IMG/VR virus record: IMGVR_UViG_3300042360_000387
Span: 1 to 48,877 of that record
Source of the DNA: a virus
Taxonomy: Duplodnaviria; Caudoviricetes
Strand: one strand, 5' to 3'
Length of the DNA: 48,877 nucleotides
Position 1 is the stretch's first letter. Every line of letters begins with the position of its first letter. Below are positions 9,262-18,688 of the stretch, in pieces. A program made the translations under genes and the position numbers. The notes below the pieces were generated by a model. The model ran no database searches, was not told the origin of the DNA, and saw only the letters and a list, made by a program, of their open reading frames with translations.

Positions 9262-9304
9262 AAAATGCAGGAAACTACAAAAATAATTCCCTGCATTTTT
9301 TTTT
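9262..9304. terminator. possible intrinsic terminator
   Basis: AAAATGCAGG...CCTGCATTTT followed by a T run; large loop. Confidence 0.4.
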
Positions 9305-9316
9305 AAAAAACTATTT

Positions 9317-9697
9317 TTATAAACTTGCTAATTGCGCAATAATTTCTTCTTTAGACATATTATGCAATGCTTCGTTTTCTTTCCTATCAAGAATTTCTAG
9401 AAGTTGTTCACGTTTTTTAGCATTTGCTTGTTTTTCTTTAGTTGCTTTCAGTTCTTCAAGTTTAGAAGCAATGATATATTTAACAACTTCAAGTTTAATA
9501 GTTAATGCTGAATGTGAAGGATTGACATTTATAGATACGAAACTTTCTTCTGTAACTTCTTTTAATTGTCTATTAACATTTTTTGCGATTGTATCTAGAG
9601 TATCTAACTTCAAATCCCAAAGTTGTTCTGTTGTCAATTCACCTCTATCAGAAGAGAATCGAAATTTGTTTTTGCTTGCGCTTTCAAAAATATTCAT
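9317..9697 (-). CDS. conserved phage hypothetical protein (coiled-coil)
   Basis: FE.AS..K.RF...RG.L..EQLWDL motif; GGAG SD; operon partner of the upstream 667-aa ORF. Confidence 0.8.
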   Translation of the reverse strand: MNIFESASKNKFRFSSDRGELTTEQLWDLKLDTLDTIAKNVNRQLKEVTEESFVSINVNPSHSALTIKLEVVKYIIASKLEELKATKEKQANAKKREQLLEILDRKENEALHNMSKEEIIAQLASL

Positions 9698-9711
9698 AGT
9701 GTTTATTCTCC

Positions 9712-11703
9712 TTAAATTGTTACTTTGTAAGTTAATTTTTTGTTATTTCCTGTAACTCTAAGAATTACAGAATCTTTTTTAGTGGATGAAAATCCTAAGC
9801 CACTTAGCTGTTCGTCAGAATTCTGACACTTTGTTTTGTCACCAAGAATTTCAAAAACTTTTCTATGTTTTTCTAAGTCGTTTCTTAAAAATTCATTATA
9901 GATACCTCGAGTTTTTTCAGGGTTTAAACAATTTTTTAGAATAAAGAACCAGTGTTTATTCCCTACACTATTATCATCCCAATAATTAGGACTTTTCATG
10001 ATGGTATTAACTGGGACATATTCCTCTGTTTTGATATTCCAGATTTCTTTTGATGAACTACCAGAAGTTACATTCTTATCAATAGGAGTAATATTTGTTA
10101 TTATACTATTCTTAACATCAAATTGCAATACTTTAATTGTTCCGATAACAGCTTTTTTGTAAGAATATGTTTTGATAACTCCATTATTCTCAATTTCAAT
10201 ATCAAACCCAACATCAATTTTTTCTCTTATTGTGAAATTATCAACACAAACTGTATAGACACCATCTTTAATATTTGATTCCCAACGAACGTTTTCAACT
10301 GCATCTCTTACTATTTTGCCCCTCGCATTCATATCCACATCAAGTTTCCCAGATTTATTAGAAAAATATATTTTGTTCCCACGAGGTTCATAAACTTGAA
10401 TATCTAAATCATCTGTATTAAACCACGCTAGGCTAACTCGCATAAGTGCATCTACGTCACCACCTGCTCGTTTTACTCGTTCCTTAATAGAATCTGTAAT
10501 ATTGCCATTATATGACCATGCAAAATTGTTATCCCACTTAAATAATCGGTTAACAACTGGGTTGATTGGTGCAGTGATACTAACGAGGTTATTAGAATGT
10601 TCATTTTTTACTAGAATTTCTATATTTGACGCATTAGGAACAACTTCATTCATAAAGGAATCAATATCAATAGGAATTTCACCTTTCGAAACTGTTGGAG
10701 TTTTTATTTCACTCATTAACAAACTTTCAATTCCATCATTCATACTTTCACGAACAGAATTATCAACAAACAAAACATTATTAACACTTACATCACTAAT
10801 CTTGGCGAATCTGCGTTCTAATGATTTTTCTAAATCAAGTTCCTTAATAGTTTTCATTGCTGAATCTATCATTCCTTTAGTAATTAAGGAAGAAGTGCGT
10901 TTATAGTTCGTTGGTGCAACTTTACTTTCAAACATTCGAACAGCCTGTTCTATTTCAACTTCATTGGAAATATCCTCTGCAAGTGTTCCTATAACAGTAT
11001 TTTTAAATGTTGCGCAGCTATTGCTGATATTTTCCCAAATAAAAATATTTCTTGATTCGTCGGAATTTAATCTATCATATTTTTGCTTTAATTGTGAAAA
11101 TGCAGAAACTAATCCTTTAAATTCAGAACCTCTGTATAGTGAATTATTAGCAATAAGGTCAAGAATAGTTTCTAAACTAGAATATTGTAATTCTTCAAGT
11201 CCTCTTTTGAAAACATGTGCTTTGGAATTTAATTCACCAATTTGTTGTTCTGGATTTTGTGTATAGTGCTTATTATCAATTACACAATAGAAATGATGAT
11301 GATTGATGACATTTTTATTTTCGTCAATTTCACGATTTACTTCTGTGCTGTATTTCTTTTCTTTTGTTCTAAATACACCAATAATAGGTTTAGACTTGAC
11401 TAGTTCTGACATTTTTTCAACAATGATATTATATGGATATCCTACAACTACATTATCCCAAACTGTAACTATGTTTCCATTCTTTATAGAAACTACATTT
11501 GCAATATTTTTGATAAACTGTCTGCAACAAAAACAATCGTGATATGTATTTTTTCTATAGATAGGGTCTGAACCTTCTGGAAATGAATTTAGATAAGTTT
11601 GCCATAGTTTATCTTTATCTATATCAACTTTGAAAATTTCACCTCTTGACATTTCCTTAAAATTATTCTCAATTAGTTTTGAGAAATTACTAAAATTGCT
11701 CAT
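9712..11703 (-). CDS. large conserved phage hypothetical protein with putative Zn site and DUF2135/YfaP-like segment
   Basis: HDCFCCRQF, HHHF; VSLAWFNTDDLDIQVYEP; start moved to 11703 on GGAG SD spacing. Confidence 0.8.
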   Translation of the reverse strand: MSNFSNFSKLIENNFKEMSRGEIFKVDIDKDKLWQTYLNSFPEGSDPIYRKNTYHDCFCCRQFIKNIANVVSIKNGNIVTVWDNVVVGYPYNIIVEKMSELVKSKPIIGVFRTKEKKYSTEVNREIDENKNVINHHHFYCVIDNKHYTQNPEQQIGELNSKAHVFKRGLEELQYSSLETILDLIANNSLYRGSEFKGLVSAFSQLKQKYDRLNSDESRNIFIWENISNSCATFKNTVIGTLAEDISNEVEIEQAVRMFESKVAPTNYKRTSSLITKGMIDSAMKTIKELDLEKSLERRFAKISDVSVNNVLFVDNSVRESMNDGIESLLMSEIKTPTVSKGEIPIDIDSFMNEVVPNASNIEILVKNEHSNNLVSITAPINPVVNRLFKWDNNFAWSYNGNITDSIKERVKRAGGDVDALMRVSLAWFNTDDLDIQVYEPRGNKIYFSNKSGKLDVDMNARGKIVRDAVENVRWESNIKDGVYTVCVDNFTIREKIDVGFDIEIENNGVIKTYSYKKAVIGTIKVLQFDVKNSIITNITPIDKNVTSGSSSKEIWNIKTEEYVPVNTIMKSPNYWDDNSVGNKHWFFILKNCLNPEKTRGIYNEFLRNDLEKHRKVFEILGDKTKCQNSDEQLSGLGFSSTKKDSVILRVTGNNKKLTYKVTI

Positions 11704-11922
11704 AATAAACTCCATTTGTTGTTATTAGAAAGTATGATAACACTATTATTTTATTAAATCAAGTGAAAAGTGAAGAAACTTGATTTCCATTTCTTCACTT
11801 AAATATTTTAATTCACTACATAAAAATCCTTGGGTTCTATTGTTATGATTTTGTGTATAAACTGTAAGCTGTAGAAATTCATTTATAGCATAAATGAATT
11901 ATAAAAACAAGCTAAATATGCA

Positions 11923-13413
11923 ATGATGATGAAAATATTTGGAATTGACATATTTAAACAAAAACCAGCGGAAAATAATTTTTCACCTGTAAGAGTTGAA
12001 CCAGAAGGTGAGAAAATTATAGATGCTATTCCTGGTGGATATTATAACTATAATTCTGTAGATATATATGGTGGTATATTAAGGTCAGAATCGGAATTAA
12101 TTAGGAAATATAGACAAATTGCACTAGTTGCCGAAGTTGAAGAAGCGATTGAAGATGTTATAGATGAAATTGTTGTTGCAGAAGATTCAAATGTAGAAAT
12201 AGATTTAGAATCAGTTTCTACTATAAGTCAAGGTGTTAAGAAAAAAATAATTGAAGAACATACAAATGTTTTAAAATTGCTGCACTGGAATAACAAGTCA
12301 TATGACCTTGTTAAAAAATTCTATATTGAGGGGAGAATATACTTTCATAAAATTATAGATAATAAAAATTTAAACAAGGGAATATTAGAAGCTAGGAATA
12401 TAAATTCAACCCTAATTAAAAAAATTAAGGTGATGGAAAAGCAGATTGATTCTGCTAGCGGGACAGAAGTTTCTAAAATTACTGGTGAGCATTATGAATA
12501 TAATGTAGATGATATTTCACAAAATAAAATTTCACTTACAAAAGACAGTGTGTGTTATGTAAATTGTGCTATACTTAATGAAGACAGGACAGAAGTTCTA
12601 TCATATATTCATAGAGTTATAAAGCCTCTCAATCAGTTAAAAATGATGGAGGATTCTTGTGTAATTTATAGACTTACTCGTTCAACAGAAAAAAGAATTT
12701 TCTATATTGACACTGGTAATTTACCAGCACAGAAAGCAGAACAATATTTGATGACACAACAAAGTAGGTTTAAAAATAAAATTAACTATAATCCGATAAC
12801 TGGTGAATTGACGGATTCTAGTAAGACAATGGCACTTACTGAAGATTTCTGGTTGCCTCGAAGAGAAGGTGGGAGAGGAACTGCAATAGAAACTCTTTCT
12901 GCAGGACAAAATTTAGGACAAATCGAGGATATTGAATATTTTAAGAGTAAGTTTTTAGATGCACTAAAAATTCCTAAATCTAGAAGGGATGATGCTGCTA
13001 AATTTTCACTTGGTAGAAGTTCAGAAATTACTCGTGACGAATTGAAATTTCAAAAGTATGTGGATAGGGTAAGAAAAAGATTTTCCTATGTATTTTTGGA
13101 TTTACTGAAAACTCAATTAGTAATGAAAAAAATAATTACAGAAGAAGAATGGGAATCTCTAGAAAATGATATAGTTTATGTCTGGCCAGAAGATAGTCAC
13201 TTTAAAGAACTTAAGGAAACTGAATTACTTAAAGAAAGAATAGGATTACTTCGTGACTTAGAACCATATATAGGAAAATACTATTCTCATGACTTTATCA
13301 GAAAACAAATCCTAAAACAAAATGATAAAGAAATAGAAAATATGGATAAACAAATTGAAGAAGAAAAAGACAAATACCCAACAGATGAAGGAGAACAAGA
13401 TAATGGAGAATAA
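11923..13413 (+). CDS. gp20: portal protein gp20
   Basis: IYRLTR..EKRIFYIDTGNLP..KAEQY, EDFWLPRREGGRGT, EITRDELKF. Confidence 0.98.
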   Translation: MMMKIFGIDIFKQKPAENNFSPVRVEPEGEKIIDAIPGGYYNYNSVDIYGGILRSESELIRKYRQIALVAEVEEAIEDVIDEIVVAEDSNVEIDLESVSTISQGVKKKIIEEHTNVLKLLHWNNKSYDLVKKFYIEGRIYFHKIIDNKNLNKGILEARNINSTLIKKIKVMEKQIDSASGTEVSKITGEHYEYNVDDISQNKISLTKDSVCYVNCAILNEDRTEVLSYIHRVIKPLNQLKMMEDSCVIYRLTRSTEKRIFYIDTGNLPAQKAEQYLMTQQSRFKNKINYNPITGELTDSSKTMALTEDFWLPRREGGRGTAIETLSAGQNLGQIEDIEYFKSKFLDALKIPKSRRDDAAKFSLGRSSEITRDELKFQKYVDRVRKRFSYVFLDLLKTQLVMKKIITEEEWESLENDIVYVWPEDSHFKELKETELLKERIGLLRDLEPYIGKYYSHDFIRKQILKQNDKEIENMDKQIEEEKDKYPTDEGEQDNGE

Positions 13414-13555
13414 TTTTAGAGAATTAGCACTAGATGATAAAGTAACAGACTTTAACGAAAAGTTTAAAGAATTTGCTAGTCAGAATATTAGCGCACAATT
13501 AAAGCAAGAATATTCTACAAATATTTCTAATATTTTAAAACCTAGCGAAGAATAA
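13403..13555 (+). CDS. prohead core protein gp67-like (by position)
   Basis: Small ORF between portal and gp68; ATG at 13403. Confidence 0.45.
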   Translation: MENNFRELALDDKVTDFNEKFKEFASQNISAQLKQEYSTNISNILKPSEE

Positions 13556-13567
13556 TAAATAATTGTT

Positions 13568-13918
13568 ATGACTGATATATCACAAGAATCTATTAAAGAA
13601 ATGCTTAAGAATAAAGTTTCTGAAAAGTTGAAACTTTATGAAGAAATCTATACACATGAAAAGTTGCTAGATGAAGCAACAGTTAAACGAATTATTAGAG
13701 TAACTTCTAAAGGGCGAAGAATTAAGAAAAAAGTTTGTCCTAAAGGATATAGACTAGAAGGTGATAGTTGTGTCCCTGCAACTTCACAAGATAAGGCTTT
13801 GAAGAAACGTGCAATCATTAAAGCAAATAGAACTAAGAAAGCAGATGCTTCTGGGAAAAGGCGTTCTATAAAGAAAAGAATCAAAGCACTAACTCTTAGA
13901 AAAAGAATGGGATTATAA
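13568..13918 (+). CDS. gp68: prohead core protein gp68-like
   Basis: Basic C-terminus ending RKRMGL; position before gp21. Confidence 0.7.
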   Translation: MTDISQESIKEMLKNKVSEKLKLYEEIYTHEKLLDEATVKRIIRVTSKGRRIKKKVCPKGYRLEGDSCVPATSQDKALKKRAIIKANRTKKADASGKRRSIKKRIKALTLRKRMGL

Positions 13919-13920
13919 TC

Positions 13921-14586
13921 ATGAAGCTAATTAGAGAATTATGTGAAGATAATATCTCACTACTTGTAGAAAGAAATGAAGAAACGCAATCTAATACATA
14001 CTTCATTGAAGGAATCTTCATGCAAGCAGAAAAATGCAATAGGAATGGAAGAGTTTATCCAAAACCTATTATGGAATCTGAAGTGAATAGATATGTTGTT
14101 GAATATGTAAATAAGAAAAGAGCTCTTGGCGAACTTTCTCATCCTACTACTCCAAAAATTAACGAAGCTGATGTTTCTCATCTAATTACAGAATTACAAT
14201 TTCAAGGGAATAATGTAATTGGTAAAGCTAAGGTGTTGGATACTCCTAAAGGTAAAATCGTTAAAGAGTTTTTAAAAGAAGGAATAATGATTGGAGTTTC
14301 TTCAAGGGGTGTTGGATCTGTTAAGAAAAATTCAAGTGGGATAAATGAAGTTCAAAATGATTTTCGCCTAGCTACTATTGATATCGTTTCAGATCCTTCT
14401 GGCCCAGATTGTTTTGTTTCTGGTATTATGGAAAATGTAGACTGGGTGTATGACGAAGCTATGGGTTGGAAAGCTCTACAGTATGCGGAACAAATTAAAG
14501 AAAGTGTAAAGAGTAATAGTATAGTGCTTGATGATATTTCTAAAATGGAAATATTTAAAAACTTTATGCTTAAACTAAATAAATAA
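13921..14586 (+). CDS. gp21: prohead protease gp21
   Basis: IEGIFMQ, NRNGRVYP, ALGELSHP, GVSSRGVGS, DIVSDPS. Confidence 0.97.
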   Translation: MKLIRELCEDNISLLVERNEETQSNTYFIEGIFMQAEKCNRNGRVYPKPIMESEVNRYVVEYVNKKRALGELSHPTTPKINEADVSHLITELQFQGNNVIGKAKVLDTPKGKIVKEFLKEGIMIGVSSRGVGSVKKNSSGINEVQNDFRLATIDIVSDPSGPDCFVSGIMENVDWVYDEAMGWKALQYAEQIKESVKSNSIVLDDISKMEIFKNFMLKLNK

Positions 14587-14609
14587 TAATTAATTAAAGG
14601 AATTAAACA

Positions 14610-15251
14610 ATGTCAATAGAAAAACTATTTGAAGGTCAAGAACTTTCTGATGATTTTAAAAACGAAGCCAAGGTAATTTTTGAAGCTGCTGTTAGTGAAA
14701 AAGTAGAAACACTTCGTGAAGAATTTCAAACACAACTTAATGAAGAAACAGAAAATAAGGTTTCGCAATACTGTGATTATGTTGCTGAAGAATTCATTAA
14801 AGAAAATCGACTAGTGATTGAAGCAGAACAAAAAGTAGAATTCGCTGAAAAAATCATAACTAAGTTTAGAGAAATTCTTGAAGAAGTCGGAGTTGAAATC
14901 CCAGAAACTAAAGTTGATGCTTATGAAAATCTTAAAGAAAAATATGAAGGTTTGAAAACCAAACTTGATGCTTCTATTGTTGAGAATATTCGTCTTGCAG
15001 ATACTATCAATTTGTTGAAAGCTGATAATGTGATAGACAATGTTTCTGAAGATCTTACTCTTACACAAAAAGAAAAGTTAAAGTCACTCATTGAACACCT
15101 TGTTTTTGAAAGTGCAGAACAATTCGAAAAAGACGTAAAAATTGTTAAGAACAAATTTTTTACAGAATCAAAATCAAATAAAGACGAAGATGAAATAATG
15201 ACAGAATCAAAAAAGGAAACTGTTAAATCATTAAAATTGAATTTGATTTAA
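14610..15251 (+). CDS. gp22: prohead scaffold gp22
   Basis: LFEGQELSDDFK...IFEAAV; acidic coiled-coil; synteny. Confidence 0.92.
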   Translation: MSIEKLFEGQELSDDFKNEAKVIFEAAVSEKVETLREEFQTQLNEETENKVSQYCDYVAEEFIKENRLVIEAEQKVEFAEKIITKFREILEEVGVEIPETKVDAYENLKEKYEGLKTKLDASIVENIRLADTINLLKADNVIDNVSEDLTLTQKEKLKSLIEHLVFESAEQFEKDVKIVKNKFFTESKSNKDEDEIMTESKKETVKSLKLNLI

Positions 15252-15256
15252 TAAAT

Positions 15257-15264
15257 TATAAATA
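15257..15264 (+). promoter_or_regulatory. T4-type late promoter for gene 23
   Basis: TATAAATA. Confidence 0.75.
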
Positions 15265-15291
15265 ATTAAAACAAACTACAAGGAAATAAAA

Positions 15292-16707
15292 ATGTCTATT
15301 GAAACTACTGATATCTTGAAAAAGAAATGGTCTCCAGTTCTTAATGATAAGAACTTCGCACCTATTGAAGAAAGCAAGCGAGATATTCTCGCAACTATGT
15401 TGGAAAACCAAGGTGTATGGAATAAAAACAACAAAAAATTCTTAGCATCATTAACTGAAAATGACGATGCTAACGAAAAAACTGTAATTGAGAAAATTGA
15501 AGAAGCAATTTCTGAAGCTGGATCTGTTGATAAGTTTGCAACTGCTCTAAATGAAGCTGCTGTTACTAACGTATCTAATGATATCGGCGGTGCTTCTACT
15601 GGTAATATCCAAGGTTATGACCCAACTCTAATTTCTATGTTGCGTCGTGCTGCTCCTCAAATGATTGCATTTGATATTTGCGGTGTTCAACCAATGCGGA
15701 TGCCTACTGGATTAATTTTTGCAATGAAAGCTCGTCAATCTGCTGAAGATGGCAACTTGCTTGATGATGCAGAAATTCTATTTAACGAAGCTGTTACTTC
15801 ATTCTCTGGTAAAGGAACTCATGCTGGTTCTGACCCTTCTGTATTGAATGACGCATCTCCTGGAACTTATACTTCTGGAACTGGTTTGACAACTCTTGAA
15901 GGAGAAACTCTTGGTGATGGTTCTTCAAACTTTGGTCGTGTTGGAATGACTATTGAGAAAACTTCTGTAACTGCAAGAACTCGAGCTCTTCGTGCTGATT
16001 TCACAACTGAATTGCAACAAGATCTTCGTGCAGTTCATGGACTTGATGCTGAAAAAGAATTAATCAATATTCTTTCTCAAGAAATCATGTTTGAAATTAA
16101 TCGTGAAGTTGTTCGTGACGTTTATCGCATTGCACAAATTGGTTGTCCGGATACTACTACAGCGGGTATTTTTGATTTAGATACTGATTCTAACGGTCGT
16201 TGGTCTGTTGAAAAGTTCAAAGGGTTGACTTTCCAAATTGAACGTGAAGCTAACCAAATCGCAGTTAATACTCGTCGTGGTAAAGGTAACATTTTAATTT
16301 GTTCTCAAGATGTTGCAAGTGCTCTACACTTGGCAGGTGTTCTTGACTATGCTCCTTCTATGCAGACAGCTGGCTTACCAGATGCTTCTAGTAAAACTTT
16401 CGTAGGTGTTATGTCTGGTGGAATGAAAGTTTATGTTGACCCATATTTGACTAGTTCTACTGCTAACTTTGCAGTTGTTGGTTATAAAGGTTCTAATAAC
16501 ATGGATGCTGGGTATTTCTACTGTCCTTATGTTGCAGCAGAATTGTATCGTGTAACTGATACTGATCGCTTTCAACCAGCTGTAGGGATTAAAACGAGAT
16601 ATGGAAAGGTTACTAATCCATTCGCAAATGCTTCTGGAACTCCTGGTGCTATTACTGCTAACGTAAATCGATACTACAGAAAATTAAAAATCACTAACAT
16701 ACTATAG
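15292..16707 (+). CDS. gp23: major capsid protein gp23
   Basis: KWSPVL, DICGVQPM..PTGLIFA, ELQQDLRAVHGLDAE, EINREV, YCPYV, KTRYG. Confidence 0.99.
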   Translation: MSIETTDILKKKWSPVLNDKNFAPIEESKRDILATMLENQGVWNKNNKKFLASLTENDDANEKTVIEKIEEAISEAGSVDKFATALNEAAVTNVSNDIGGASTGNIQGYDPTLISMLRRAAPQMIAFDICGVQPMRMPTGLIFAMKARQSAEDGNLLDDAEILFNEAVTSFSGKGTHAGSDPSVLNDASPGTYTSGTGLTTLEGETLGDGSSNFGRVGMTIEKTSVTARTRALRADFTTELQQDLRAVHGLDAEKELINILSQEIMFEINREVVRDVYRIAQIGCPDTTTAGIFDLDTDSNGRWSVEKFKGLTFQIEREANQIAVNTRRGKGNILICSQDVASALHLAGVLDYAPSMQTAGLPDASSKTFVGVMSGGMKVYVDPYLTSSTANFAVVGYKGSNNMDAGYFYCPYVAAELYRVTDTDRFQPAVGIKTRYGKVTNPFANASGTPGAITANVNRYYRKLKITNIL

Positions 16708-16727
16708 TATTATACAACTTATACGTT

Positions 16728-16760
16728 AAAAGGGAACCAAATTGGTTCCCTTTTTCTTTT
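16728..16760 (+). terminator. intrinsic terminator after gene 23
   Basis: AAAAGGGAACCAA-A-TTGGTTCCCTTTTT. Confidence 0.85.
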
Positions 16761-16761
16761 G

Positions 16762-16769
16762 TATAAATA
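16762..16769 (+). promoter_or_regulatory. late promoter for the GIY-YIG gene
   Basis: TATAAATA immediately after the terminator. Confidence 0.7.
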
Positions 16770-16841
16770 TAATTGTTATCCACGATATTACCAGTATCCG
16801 ATAACTCTATCCAAACTCATTTTAACACATAAGGACAGCTA

Positions 16842-17642
16842 ATGAATATTTATAGCATATACAAGATTACAAACAAAGTCAATAATAAATCATACATAGG
16901 ATTCTCATCATCCCCAGATAAAAGATGGGAAACTCATATAACACTTTCAACTATAGAATTCCCTAAATTTCATATACATAGAGCTATTAAGAAATACGGA
17001 GTAGATAATTTTTGCTTCGAGATTATCTATGTATCACTAGATAAAGAACATACTTTAAAAACTATGGAAAATTACTTTATAGAGCAATACGATACTTTCC
17101 GTAATGGTTATAATATGACTACTGGTGGGGAAGGAACACAAAATCACAAATCAAAACACCTCATATCACAAGCATTAAAGGGTAAGAAAAAAAGTGAAGA
17201 ACATGTTAGGAAAATATGTATTAACTCCCAGAAAAATTGGGATAATGATGATTATAGAAACATGATGATAGCTACAAGAAATACTGAAGAATATAAGAAA
17301 AAACGGAGCGAAATAGCTACAAAATCTTGGAATAATAAAACAATACGAGATAAAAGGACTAATAATATGTCAGGGAGGAAATTTTCTGAAGAACATAAGA
17401 AATGTTTATCAGAAATAAAGTGCAGAACTGGTTATATGTTAATCAAAGAAAATGGTGAAACTATAATTACTAAATATCTAACAAAATTTGGGAAAGAATT
17501 TAAATACTATAACATATATCAATTATTAAAGAAAAAATATTCGCATATAAAGGATCTTATATCTATAGATCCCATTTCACTTGAACAATACGAAATTCTT
17601 AAACTATCGCACAACTATACAATATACGACCCGTTTATCTAA
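16842..17642 (+). CDS. free-standing GIY-YIG (Seg-like) homing endonuclease with NUMOD3-like repeats
   Basis: SIYKITN..N.KSYIG, RW..H, GYNMTTGGEG, KKSEEH/KFSEEHKK. Confidence 0.92.
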   Translation: MNIYSIYKITNKVNNKSYIGFSSSPDKRWETHITLSTIEFPKFHIHRAIKKYGVDNFCFEIIYVSLDKEHTLKTMENYFIEQYDTFRNGYNMTTGGEGTQNHKSKHLISQALKGKKKSEEHVRKICINSQKNWDNDDYRNMMIATRNTEEYKKKRSEIATKSWNNKTIRDKRTNNMSGRKFSEEHKKCLSEIKCRTGYMLIKENGETIITKYLTKFGKEFKYYNIYQLLKKKYSHIKDLISIDPISLEQYEILKLSHNYTIYDPFI

Positions 17643-17647
17643 TATCT

Positions 17648-17677
17648 AAGGGAAGCAGAAATGCTTCCCTTTTTTTT
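17648..17677 (+). terminator. intrinsic terminator after the endonuclease
   Basis: AAGGGAAGCA-GAAA-TGCTTCCCTT + T run. Confidence 0.88.
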
Positions 17678-17706
17678 GTAGATATATTATAATATGTGTA
17701 GTAATG

Positions 17707-18012
17707 CTACATATTTTCTGATATTTTTTTCAAACTTACAAAATTCCCACTATTATCTCTAGCAATCAAAATTCCGTTTGATTTAACTATGATTGAAACA
17801 TCATCAAATATTTTAGATATCACTTTCATATTTTCATTGACAATTCTTTTTCTATTAAACTTTTTCTCAACTCCGTTTTCACGAGCTACTTTATAAACTG
17901 TTGGTCTACTTACACCATACTTAAAACAAATTTTAGAGTATTGTTCTTTATCTGAACGATTTTCACATAGATCTTGAAAAATGTTATTTTTAACTGTATT
18001 GTTTAATGACAT
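17707..18012 (-). CDS. hypothetical protein, possible HTH
   Basis: KICFKYGVSRPTVYKV resembles an HTH; AGGAG SD. Confidence 0.6.
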   Translation of the reverse strand: MSLNNTVKNNIFQDLCENRSDKEQYSKICFKYGVSRPTVYKVARENGVEKKFNRKRIVNENMKVISKIFDDVSIIVKSNGILIARDNSGNFVSLKKISENM

Positions 18013-18062
18013 AATAAAAACTCCTAAATATAAACATCATTGCTTATAAAATTAATATAACA
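18013..18062 (-). promoter_or_regulatory. early promoter + stem-loop + SD cassette
   Basis: TGTTATATT extended -10, TATAAGCA/TGTTTATA stem, AGGAG. Confidence 0.6.
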
Positions 18063-18119
18063 GTTTCGTAGTAAATTAAAAATATGATTTTTATCGCTAC
18101 TTATCAAAAACTCATAAGT

Positions 18120-18395
18120 TTATAATGTTATCGCAACTACTCTATATCTATGTTGAATTGCATATGTTAATTTTGTTTTTGAATATTCACTTGGAGAAAT
18201 TTCTGTGCTAATTTCTCCTTTCTTCAAAACTCCTTTATTAATCGCATCTTCTATAGTAGTAACCTTATCAGAAGGTTTTAGTAGAAGATAAGTCACATTT
18301 GCTTTAACATTACCTTTATTGAATCCAATAAACGATTTTTTATGGTCAATAAATTTTTCTGTTCTGTTGTCATAAACTGCATATACTATAGTCAT
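18120..18395 (-). CDS. hypothetical protein
   Basis: Overlapping start/stop with neighbour. Confidence 0.65.
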   Translation of the reverse strand: MTIVYAVYDNRTEKFIDHKKSFIGFNKGNVKANVTYLLLKPSDKVTTIEDAINKGVLKKGEISTEISPSEYSKTKLTYAIQHRYRVVAITL

Positions 18396-18688
18396 TTCTT
18401 AATTCCTTTCTTAACAAGTGTCCCTATATTATGATGTTCTTCTCTACTTGGACATTCGTTTGTAGATGTTGTCATAGTTATAATAAACATATTTTTAAAA
18501 TTAAATACTTCATCTAAGTATGTATAGCAATATTCTTCTTTTATTCCTATATCATTTCTAAATAATATAAATTTAATAGTTTCTTCATCTAGAAAAACTT
18601 GATATTCTTGTCCTCCTAAATCATCTGCAATATCTCTCAATATTTTTGCTTTAATTTCTTCATACTTCATAAAATCACCATTTCCCAA
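18392..18688 (-). CDS. hypothetical protein
   Basis: Operon packing downstream of thyX; start uncertain. Confidence 0.6.
   Translation of the reverse strand: MGNGDFMKYEEIKAKILRDIADDLGGQEYQVFLDEETIKFILFRNDIGIKEEYCYTYLDEVFNFKNMFIITMTTSTNECPSREEHHNIGTLVKKGIKK

Noticed and set aside
11770-11900. Possible third copy of the long repeat (CTTGATTT..CATTTCT, GTAGAAATTCA)
   Set aside because: Only short matches in AT-rich DNA; the 58-bp core and IHF consensus are missing.
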